Shown: positions 1 to 7,865 of the stretch, one piece after another
How positions within the stretch are numbered: position 1 is the first letter of the stretch
Layout of the letters: each line of letters opens with the position of its first letter
Assembly: GCF_000737315.1 (NCBI RefSeq)
Contig: NZ_JMCB01000005.1
Span: forward strand, 62,001 to 126,000
Length of the DNA: 64,000 nucleotides
Origin: Hyalangium minutum
GTDB taxonomy: Bacteria > Myxococcota > Myxococcia > Myxococcales > Myxococcaceae
Direction: 5' to 3'
Notes under the pieces: generated by a model
Databases searched by the model: none
The model's input: only the letters and a program-made list of their open reading frames with translations
What the model was told of the DNA's origin: nothing
Program-made: the position numbers and the translations under genes

Positions 1-1203
1 GGCCTCAACTCCTGGGAGAACGACGCACCTTGGGGTGAGGGCGCTCACATGACGCTCTGCCCGGTGCCGGGCAACCGCATGCTCACCCTGGCGGGCCGCC
101 TGCGCCGGCCGTTCCTTGCCATTGACTTGCGGCTGCAGAGCTACCACTGGATGCACGAGCTCACCAAGCGCGGCGGCAAGATCGAGATCGAGTCCGTCTC
201 CATCGAGCGCCTGGAGCAGATCGCCGCCCAGAATGATCTGACCATCGTGGCCACGGGCCGCGGTGACATGACCAACCTCTTCGAGCGCAACGCCGAGCGC
301 AGCGTCTACGACAAGCCGCAGCGCCACCTGGCCATGGTGTGCGTGAAGGGCCCGCAGATGGGCTTCGACGGCATCCCCATGCTGGGGCTGAAGTACAACG
401 TCCTTGGCCCTCTGGGTGAGGCCTTCTGGATCCCCTACTACCACAAGGATGTGGGGCAGAGCTGGAACCTCGTCTTCGAGGCCCGCCCGGGCAGCGCGAT
501 GGACCGCTTCGAGGGCTGCAAGACGGGTGAGCAGGTGCTCGAGATCGGCAAGCAGGTCGTCAAGGAGTTCGTCCCCTGGGACTACGAGTGGCTCAAGGAC
601 GCCGAGCTGTCGGACTCCTACGGCTGGCAGGTGGGGAAGTTCGCTCCCACGGTTCGCAACCCAGTGGGCCGGCTGCCCTCGGGCCGGCTGGTGGCGGCGG
701 TGGGTGACACGGCCATGTCGCTGGACCCCATCGGGGGCCAGGGCGCCAACAACGGCAACAAGATGGTGCGCAACATGCTCGAGTGCATCGTCGCCCATGA
801 GGATCGGCCCTTCGACGCCCAGTGGATGACGGACACCTTCGAGCGCTTCTGGGCCCGTCACGGGTACTGGACCAGCGTCCACAACAACGGGATGCTGCAG
901 CCGGGCTCGGCCGCCCTGCGCGACCTGCTCTTCGCTCAGTACGGCAGCGATGGCCGCTTCGACAACAACACCGGCGCGCAGCGGCTGGCCAACGCCTACG
1001 TCGAGAACGGCAACGACCCGGCGATGCTCACGCCCACCCTCCAGGATCGGCGCAAGACGCACGAGTTCATCGAGAAGACGACGGGCATCTCGTGGATCCG
1101 CGCCATCGCCAGCGGAGCCATGGGTGTGGCGCGCGAGGAGTTCCGCCAGTGGCGCGGGCTGGAGCCGCGTCACCCGCTCGTGGCCGCGTACAAGGTGGCC
1201 TGA
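1..1203 (+). CDS. StyA-like (styrene/indole monooxygenase family) flavin-dependent monooxygenase, 5' partial
   Basis: Frame is open from base 1 (GLNSWENDAPW...), so the gene starts before the window. Has DLTIVATGRG, the GD motif AVGDTAMSLDPIGGQGANNG and the PTVRNPVGRLPSG segment typical of StyA/IndA oxygenases. Confidence 0.8.
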   Translation, partial: GLNSWENDAPWGEGAHMTLCPVPGNRMLTLAGRLRRPFLAIDLRLQSYHWMHELTKRGGKIEIESVSIERLEQIAAQNDLTIVATGRGDMTNLFERNAERSVYDKPQRHLAMVCVKGPQMGFDGIPMLGLKYNVLGPLGEAFWIPYYHKDVGQSWNLVFEARPGSAMDRFEGCKTGEQVLEIGKQVVKEFVPWDYEWLKDAELSDSYGWQVGKFAPTVRNPVGRLPSGRLVAAVGDTAMSLDPIGGQGANNGNKMVRNMLECIVAHEDRPFDAQWMTDTFERFWARHGYWTSVHNNGMLQPGSAALRDLLFAQYGSDGRFDNNTGAQRLANAYVENGNDPAMLTPTLQDRRKTHEFIEKTTGISWIRAIASGAMGVAREEFRQWRGLEPRHPLVAAYKVA

Positions 1204-1221
1204 GTACGCGGCCAGAGGAGG

Positions 1222-1249
1222 GGGGAGCCCACCCTCAGCGGGGCTCCCC
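1222..1249. terminator. GC-rich hairpin between convergent genes (possible bidirectional terminator)
   Basis: GGGGAGCCC-10 nt loop-GGGCTCCCC between the stops at 1203 and 1286; no U-tract. Confidence 0.45.
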
Positions 1250-1285
1250 AGCTCGCCGCGCGGAGCCGAAGTCGCGCGGGTGATT

Positions 1286-2740
1286 TTAGCGGAACATCCC
1301 CGGACCCGGCGTCAGCACGGTGTCTGGGTCGTAGCGCCGCTTGGCGGCCGCCAGGTTCTCCCAGGCCGGGCCGAAGCGCGCTCGCCACTCCTCGGGAGAC
1401 AGCGTGAGGGCGGCGTGCGCGTAGTGCGTCCCCTCCCACTTCCGGTTGCGCTCGTAGAGCTCGCGGTTGTGCTGCACCATCTGCGGCACGCTGCGCTTGG
1501 CTCCTGGCGCCGCGGTCCGGAGCACACCGAACAGGAAGGAGATGTCCTCCCCCGGCGGCAGGCTGAACAGCGGGCGGGTGATGCGGCTGCGCTTGAGCAG
1601 ATAGAAGAGGACCGGGAAGTAGAAGTCCACCTCGGTGGGGGACACCTCTCGGAGCACCTCCGCGGCGAACGCGTCGAGCTTCGAGTCCGGGACGAAGAGA
1701 TCGCTCCAGGGGTGGGGCAGCGAGTACATGCCGTTCTGCCGCAGCTCCGCCAGCTGCGGAGCGAGCCGGCTCACCCACGTGGGGTACGGCAGGTCGGAGA
1801 TCGACTCGGAGCCCTGCTGGTACGACAGGCCCTTCAGCACCTGCGCATCGTCGGGACGCGACGGCTCCTTGTAGTACTGGAGGACCTGCATCCGGTGCAT
1901 CCAGCCCGTGCCGCTCCGCTCCGGCAGCGCGAAGCCCAGCACGTAGTCGATGCGCTCGTTCTCCACGGCCAGGCGCTGGTCCCGCAGCTGGGCCTCGAGG
2001 TTCGGGTAGCCCAGGTCATACAGGCGCACGTGCGTCGGCGCCTCCACCAGCTTGAGGGTGGCGCGGGTGATGACACCACACTGCCCGAGCCCCGCGAGCA
2101 CCGCCTCGAACAAGTCTTTGTTCTGCGTGGGAGAGCAGTGCACCAGCTCGCCCTCGCCCGTTACCACCTGAAGCTCCAGCACATGGTCGATCTGCAGACC
2201 TTGGCGGAAGGTGTTGCCGCTCAAGCCACCCACCGACAGGGTGCCGCCCACCGTCAGCTCCAGCAGGTCCGTGAGCACGGGCGGGGTCCGGTTGATGGCG
2301 AGCGCCCGCTCCACCACCACGCTCCAGAGGATGCCGGCATCCACGTCGATCCGATCCTCGGAGACGGAGTGCACGGCGTTCAGCGAGCGCATGTCGATGA
2401 CGATGCCCGCCTCCACCTGCGACTGGCCGTTGATCACATGCCCATTGCCGCGAGGGCCGATCTTGAGCCGGTGCTGCCGGGCGAAGCGGATCATCTGCGC
2501 AATGTCGTCGGCTGACTGGGGGCGGAGCACGGCCAGGGGCAGGCGGCTCACCATGTGCCCGAAGTCATCCGCCACTTCCGCTCGCGCTTGCGGCGAGGCG
2601 AGCAGCACTCCCTTCAGCTTCGGGAGGGGTTCAACGCCTGGGGCCGTGCCCCCCTGAGAGACCCAGCTGCGGCCGGCCGGATGAAAGCCGATGACCGCAT
2701 CCTGGGGAGAGGGATTGGAACTCGGGGGGGCGAGGCTCAC
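1286..2740 (-). CDS. VAO/PCMH-family FAD-linked oxidoreductase, cytokinin dehydrogenase-like
   Basis: PLAVLRPQSADDIA, RGNGHVINGQ (covalent-FAD His), LTVGGTLSVGG, AVLAGLGQCGVIT, and C-terminal KRRYDPDTVLTPG. Confidence 0.8.
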   Translation of the reverse strand: MSLAPPSSNPSPQDAVIGFHPAGRSWVSQGGTAPGVEPLPKLKGVLLASPQARAEVADDFGHMVSRLPLAVLRPQSADDIAQMIRFARQHRLKIGPRGNGHVINGQSQVEAGIVIDMRSLNAVHSVSEDRIDVDAGILWSVVVERALAINRTPPVLTDLLELTVGGTLSVGGLSGNTFRQGLQIDHVLELQVVTGEGELVHCSPTQNKDLFEAVLAGLGQCGVITRATLKLVEAPTHVRLYDLGYPNLEAQLRDQRLAVENERIDYVLGFALPERSGTGWMHRMQVLQYYKEPSRPDDAQVLKGLSYQQGSESISDLPYPTWVSRLAPQLAELRQNGMYSLPHPWSDLFVPDSKLDAFAAEVLREVSPTEVDFYFPVLFYLLKRSRITRPLFSLPPGEDISFLFGVLRTAAPGAKRSVPQMVQHNRELYERNRKWEGTHYAHAALTLSPEEWRARFGPAWENLAAAKRRYDPDTVLTPGPGMFR

Positions 2741-2761
2741 GAGGAACTCCTTCAGGAGCTG

Positions 2762-3367
2762 CTACTTCCAGGTGATGCTGTAGGTGCAGGCCGGGGCGCC
2801 CTTCTTGCGGCACGTCTTCGGATCATGCATGACCTTCGCGCCGGCGTTGAACTGCTGGCCCAGGCCCGTGACCAGGCCCTCCTCGAAGGCGCAGGGGTAC
2901 GGGGTGTCGGCGTCGACGAACACCTGCGTCTTGCCCGGCACGGTGCGGACCTTGTAGTGGCCGATGCCCTCGAGCATCTGGCCCGTCTGCGGATCGAACA
3001 TCCGCTTCCCGCTCTTGGCGTGGTTGTAGTGGTAGCCCATGTCCAGCGTCTCGAACGCGCGGGCGATACCCGTCAGGAAGTCACCCGGCTGCGAGGCCTT
3101 CTTCACGATGTAGAGGCCCGACTGCTTCAGGGTGTAGTCCCCGAACTCCGCCTGCACGCGATCGAACGCGCGCAAGAAGGCGTCCAGCGGGTACCACTTC
3201 TCCGGATCCAGCTTGGCCATGCCGACGCCATCGGTGTCCATCTCTCCCAGGCCGCACTCGAGCAGGATCTTGCTGGCCAGCAGAGTGAAGGAGCCGAACC
3301 CGTCCAGCGTCACCTGCACCGTCGAGCCGAGAGTCTGGTATTCCTTGTAGTTCTCACTATTGGGCAT
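2762..3367 (-). CDS. Stand-alone V4R-like (4-vinyl reductase fold) small-molecule-binding protein
   Basis: YPCAFEEG...HDPKTCRKKGAPACTYSITW resembles the V4R Cys pattern. RBS AGGGGG precedes the ATG. Confidence 0.55.
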   Translation of the reverse strand: MPNSENYKEYQTLGSTVQVTLDGFGSFTLLASKILLECGLGEMDTDGVGMAKLDPEKWYPLDAFLRAFDRVQAEFGDYTLKQSGLYIVKKASQPGDFLTGIARAFETLDMGYHYNHAKSGKRMFDPQTGQMLEGIGHYKVRTVPGKTQVFVDADTPYPCAFEEGLVTGLGQQFNAGAKVMHDPKTCRKKGAPACTYSITWK

Positions 3368-3605
3368 GATGATCCCCCTGTTGATTCAGCGTACGAAATG
3401 AAGTGATGACGTGAAGAGCCGGAAATCGGCGTGTACTCCAGCACGGGTCTTGCGGTGATTCAAGTACTGCTCCTGCCCGTGTCCGATACCTGTAGTGAGT
3501 GGCGATGAGACACCGCGCGGGTGTGATCGGCTCTGTCGGGCAGGTGAACTTGCGGCACATGTACTAGAGGGAAGCCACGGCTGTTGGCGTGACCAGGAGA
3601 AGCAC

Positions 3606-5012
3606 ATGAGTTCGTCTGAAGATCTTCCGTTGGAGTTGCAAACGCTGGCCGAGCCCTACCGCGTGAAGATGGTGGAGAAGGTCCGCATTCCGTCTCGCTC
3701 CGAGCGCGAGAGCATCTTGAAGAAGGCCCACTACTCCGTGGTGCACGTGGACTCGGCGGACATCTTCATCGATGTGATCACCGACAGTGGCACGGGCGCG
3801 ATGAGCGACCAGCAGTGGGCGGGGCTGATGAAGGGCGACGAGGCGTACATGCGCTCGCGCAGCTTCATCGAGTTCGAGCGGGCCGTGCAGGACATCCTTG
3901 GCTTCGAGCACGTCATCCCCACACACCAGGGGCGTGCGGCCGAGCACATCCTCATGGAGCTGCTCATCAAGCCGGAGGACGGTAAGGACATCGTCCTGTG
4001 CAACACGCACTTCGACACGACGCGCGCGCACGTGATGAACCGCAAGGCCACCCCGCTGGATCTGGTGGGGGACTGGCTCTGGCGCTTCGAGGAGGAGCGG
4101 CCCTTCAAGGGGAACTTTGATCTGGGCAAGCTCGAGGCCGCCCTGGAGCGCTATCACCAGCGCGTCCCGTTCGTCCTCATCACCGTGCTCAACAACTTCG
4201 CGTGTTCCTCGCCGGTGTCCATGGAGAACATCCGCGAGACGAAGCGGCTCGCGGACCGCTACAACATCCCCATCTACTTCGACATCTGCCGCTTCGCGGA
4301 GAACGCCTACTTCATCAAGACGCGCGAGAAGGGCTACCAGGACAAGTCCATCGCGGAGATCGCCCGGGAGATGCTCTCCTACGGGCGAGGCTGCTGGATG
4401 AGCGCGAAGAAGGACGGCCTGGTGAACATCGGCGGCTTCATCGCGGTGCACGACGAGAAGCTCGCGATGCGGTGCAAGGAGAAGCTGGTGCTCTACGAGG
4501 GCTTCCCGACCTATGGCGGTCTGGCGGGCCGAGACCTGGAGGCGGTGGCCGTGGGCCTGCGCGAGGGCATCGAGGAGCCCTACCTGGCCCACCGCACGCA
4601 GCAGATCGCCTACCTGGCGGACCTGTTCGAGAAGACCGGCATCCGCGTGAGCAAGCCCTCGGGAGGCTCGGGCGTCTTCATCGACGTGGCGGGGCTCTAC
4701 TCGCACCTGCCGGAGGACAAGTTCCCGGCGATCGCCTTCACGTGCGATCTCTACCTGGAGGGCGCCATCCGTGGCAGCGCCTATCCGTTCCCGCTCATCA
4801 CCATTGATCCGAAGACGGCCGACATCACCCCGCGCGTCTTCCAGTTCGCCCGCTTCGCCATTCCCCGGCGCACCTATACCAAGGGGCACCTGGACTACAT
4901 CGCCACGGTGATGGCGCGGCTGAAGGAGAAGGCGCCGCAGAACAAGGGCTACAAGATCACCTACTCACCCGAGGTGCTGGGGCACTTCTTCTCGAAGTTC
5001 GAGCCCCTGTAG
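3606..5012 (+). CDS. tnaA: Tryptophanase / tyrosine phenol-lyase family PLP beta-eliminating lyase, closer to tryptophanase
   Basis: EPYRVKMVE, TDSGT, GDEAY, THQGR, MSAKKDGLVNIGG (PLP Lys), YEGFPTYGGLAGRD, RFAIPRRTY. The HFDTT Asp and C-terminal HF are tryptophanase-type residues. Start moved to ATG 3606 after RBS AGGAGA. Confidence 0.8.
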   Translation: MSSSEDLPLELQTLAEPYRVKMVEKVRIPSRSERESILKKAHYSVVHVDSADIFIDVITDSGTGAMSDQQWAGLMKGDEAYMRSRSFIEFERAVQDILGFEHVIPTHQGRAAEHILMELLIKPEDGKDIVLCNTHFDTTRAHVMNRKATPLDLVGDWLWRFEEERPFKGNFDLGKLEAALERYHQRVPFVLITVLNNFACSSPVSMENIRETKRLADRYNIPIYFDICRFAENAYFIKTREKGYQDKSIAEIAREMLSYGRGCWMSAKKDGLVNIGGFIAVHDEKLAMRCKEKLVLYEGFPTYGGLAGRDLEAVAVGLREGIEEPYLAHRTQQIAYLADLFEKTGIRVSKPSGGSGVFIDVAGLYSHLPEDKFPAIAFTCDLYLEGAIRGSAYPFPLITIDPKTADITPRVFQFARFAIPRRTYTKGHLDYIATVMARLKEKAPQNKGYKITYSPEVLGHFFSKFEPL

Positions 5013-5031
5013 CACCCAGGGCTGGCGCCGC

Positions 5032-6846
5032 TCAGACGATGGCGCGGTTGAACTCCCGCCTGGCCGTGCCGACCAAGAGCGGCTGCGGCTGGGGGGACAC
5101 TTCCTGGTGCGCGCTGAGGCCGTAGGCCTCGGTGGCCAGGTAGATGGTGGTCCGCAGCTGGCTTCCCTGCCGGCGCATGGAGGCCCACTGCATCAATCCC
5201 ACGCCCGTGTCGAGCCGGCGGTGCGCCAGTGCCCGCACCGCCCGCTCCAGCAGCATGTGGGCTTGCGGATCCAGCAGGAAGCGGATGCGCTCCAGGGCCT
5301 CCTGGTCATTGCGCACGTGGCAGCGCACGGGGACGTGCAGCGTGACGCTGGTGGGTCGATCCTCATCCGAGGTGAACGACAGGCACGTCAGCAGCGAGCG
5401 CGAGGACTCGACGCGGCCGGTGTGGCCCTTGAGCGCCTGGCAGAAGATCCACGCCTCGCCGGGCACGTACTCCGGTGCCAGCGCCATCACCGACTCGAGC
5501 TCCTCCGCGGTGATGTCCTTGTGCGCCAGGTAGATCTTCACGCGGGCCGTGCGGTGAGCGGACAGGTCCAGCGAGAAGTAGATGATCTGATCCAGCCCGT
5601 CCGGACGCAGGGTGTGCTCGCTGAGGCAGCGCCAGACGCGGTGCAGGCCCAGCCGCTCCAGGGCCTCCTGCACCACCGCGTGGGCCCGCTCGGGGCCCTG
5701 GGCCGCGGGGTTGAAGTAGACCTTGATGTCGGCCCGGCCGTTCTTGAGGAAGAAGGCGTGCCAGAGCGCGAAGCGGGCGCGGGGATCCACCGGCTCGAAC
5801 AGATCCTTCACGAGGTTGAAGCGCTCCAGCCGGACGCCGAACTCCTGGCTCAGCCGCTCGGTGAGGGCAATGCCGTCTTCCCAGGTGGAGCGCAGCGTGG
5901 TGGGGCCGTGGGCGCTCTGGGACTCCATCAAGAAGCGCACCTCGGGCCGTCCGTCCTCGAGCGCCAGGGACAGCTCGTACGGCGTGTGGTCGTCGGTGAT
6001 GTCCGACTTCCAGGGCGGGGTGGAGCCGATCTGCTGGGAGCCCCAGGGACTGCTCATGAAGCTGAAGAAGCGCTTCACCGTCTCTGTGTCCGAGGCGTCG
6101 TAGCCCACCGCCTCGCAGAGCGCCTGCAGGCGGGCAATGCCGAACTCCTCGAAGGTCAGGGAGGAGGGTGGCTCCCACGCGATCAGCGCCCGCTTCACCT
6201 CCAACTGGTGCAGCGCGTACGCCAGCAGGTGGTTGCTCAGGCCCATGAGGTGGCTGAAGACCTCATCCACGGTCTCCAGGGCCTCCTTCTCTGAACCCGG
6301 CGGAAGCTGCTGGCCCGCGGTGGCCCAGCACGAGGCTCCCTCCAGCTGCGCGCGCAGGAACCGGAAACCCACCAGTTCCTTGCCCGTGCGCGCCTCGAAC
6401 GTGCGGGCCACGTGCTCGAGCGCTCCCAGGCCCATGCTCCCCGCCGTGTGGAGCGCCCGCATCAGGATCTGCGCCTGGACCGGGCTCGCGTTCGCCGCCA
6501 CATCAATGAGCTCGAAGAGCGTCTTGCGAGTGAAGCTGCCCTCCGCTCCCCACAGCAGCCGCAGCATGCCGTTGAGGTCCGAGGTGGAGCTCAGCCCCAG
6601 CATCTGCAGATCGCTCAGATAAGCGGCCCAGTGCGCACTCTCCTGGGGGTTCTCCGGGACGAGCTCGGGCTCCTCCCCCATCATCGTGCGGTTCAGGTCC
6701 GCCAAGCCCAGCACGAGCGGCGCCAGACAGGGCAGGAAGCTCAGACGTTCCTGGGGCGAGAGGCGTGTATCCCGGAGGAAGCCCACGAAAGAAGACCTGG
6801 CGAAGATCTGCTGCCGCTCTCTCAAATGCTCCAGGACCTGCTGCAT
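5032..6846 (-). CDS. Tryptophan dimethylallyltransferase (DMATS/ABBA indole prenyltransferase) with an N-terminal degenerate heme-oxygenase-like (AetD-like) domain
   Basis: C-terminal ~380 aa: SDITDDHTPYELS, VRFLME, IKVYFNP, YFSLDL..RVKIY, TIYLA (DMATS diphosphate-binding K/R/Y residues). N-terminal ~210 aa helical: FLRDTRLSPQERLSFLPCLAP..DLNR, ESAHW..LSDLQMLG. Confidence 0.8.
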   Translation of the reverse strand: MQQVLEHLRERQQIFARSSFVGFLRDTRLSPQERLSFLPCLAPLVLGLADLNRTMMGEEPELVPENPQESAHWAAYLSDLQMLGLSSTSDLNGMLRLLWGAEGSFTRKTLFELIDVAANASPVQAQILMRALHTAGSMGLGALEHVARTFEARTGKELVGFRFLRAQLEGASCWATAGQQLPPGSEKEALETVDEVFSHLMGLSNHLLAYALHQLEVKRALIAWEPPSSLTFEEFGIARLQALCEAVGYDASDTETVKRFFSFMSSPWGSQQIGSTPPWKSDITDDHTPYELSLALEDGRPEVRFLMESQSAHGPTTLRSTWEDGIALTERLSQEFGVRLERFNLVKDLFEPVDPRARFALWHAFFLKNGRADIKVYFNPAAQGPERAHAVVQEALERLGLHRVWRCLSEHTLRPDGLDQIIYFSLDLSAHRTARVKIYLAHKDITAEELESVMALAPEYVPGEAWIFCQALKGHTGRVESSRSLLTCLSFTSDEDRPTSVTLHVPVRCHVRNDQEALERIRFLLDPQAHMLLERAVRALAHRRLDTGVGLMQWASMRRQGSQLRTTIYLATEAYGLSAHQEVSPQPQPLLVGTARREFNRAIV

Positions 6847-7307
6847 CGGTTTTGCTCCTCGACTGGACTGGTCAAGACCCAGCGCCCGGGCTTCTGGGCT
6901 CGCTGCTGTGATTCGGTAACCCCCCAGAATTTGGCAATCAATGAGGGGTGATTCAGACCCGCCCCATCGACTTCCGACAGGTGTGGTTGTAACGCATTTT
7001 TTTTATTCGGGTCAAATAGAATGGGTAAAAAATCTCTACCCTGCGAGATTCTTTGGCAAGTGGGAGTGTGTTGATCTCTTAGGTTTTCAGTCCTGGCAAA
7101 AAACACGCAACATTTTCCCCGGGTGGGTGAGGAATGACTCACATGCGGAAAATGACCCAGGTGGGATGAACAGCCATCTCGGCCTGGAGACTGAGAGAAA
7201 AAGGACTACCCAGAAGGTTCTATCTGGGATTGATCGGATAGCGGGGCTCTGGATCGAGGCGTGATCCAGGCCTCAACAGGGCAGGAGCAACCGGGGCTGT
7301 GGGTGGG

Positions 7308-7652
7308 TCAGTTCAGCCAGCGCGGCACGCCGGACTCGGGGGACTGCTCCTCCGAGAGCCAGGCGATGGAGAGCTCATCGCCCAGGGCCGTGTCGAAGTT
7401 CGCGGCGATGACATATCCCGCAGGCGTGGCCTGGCAGCGGAGGATGTTCAGCCGCGTCCGAGGGATGAGCAGCTCGGGGATGCTGGCCTCGATGGATTGC
7501 CCGGGCTCTACGGGCACGCGAGACAGCAACAGGCAGCCGCTGGCCGAGGCATTGATGATGTCCGCGTCCAGCACTTCACGGGGGCAGTGGAGCTTGATGG
7601 CCAGCCGCAAGGGGTACCGTTGGTGCCGACGCCGCTCGTTGTCGTAGGACAC
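7308..7652 (-). CDS. Stand-alone PilZ-domain protein
   Basis: GTG start after AGGAGG; RRHQR (RxxxR) and NASASG (NxSxxG) c-di-GMP motifs. The upstream part of the 496-aa ORF is an antisense shadow of the DUF1684 gene. Confidence 0.8.
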   Translation of the reverse strand: MSYDNERRRHQRYPLRLAIKLHCPREVLDADIINASASGCLLLSRVPVEPGQSIEASIPELLIPRTRLNILRCQATPAGYVIAANFDTALGDELSIAWLSEEQSPESGVPRWLN

Positions 7653-7865
7653 GGGATGCCTCCTGACGCGCTGCCCGTCATCCACGGCGGGACATGAGGT
7701 GAAACAATATGCGGGTTTCATACCGAGAGGCAGCCCTTGCGGCTTGTCTACATCGGCATGCAATGTGTTGCATGGGGTTGACAGGTGAGCAAAAGAAGGG
7801 TTTTTGTTTTCAATGTGTGTCTTTGAAGTCCCGCAGATACATTTAGGGGAAGGCGGGGCCCTGAC

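Noticed and set aside
3439-3453. Sigma54-like CAGCACG-GGTC-TTGC upstream of tnaA
   Set aside because: The invariant -24 GG is AG, so it is not supportable without TSS data.
3368-3605. TnaC-like Trp-sensing leader peptide before the tryptophanase
   Set aside because: No short ORF with the TnaC W...D...P-stop pattern and no Rho-utilisation context was found.
6822-7264. Short ORFs (106-107 aa) in the AT-rich intergenic region
   Set aside because: Atypical codon usage, no RBS or motifs; more likely promoter DNA.
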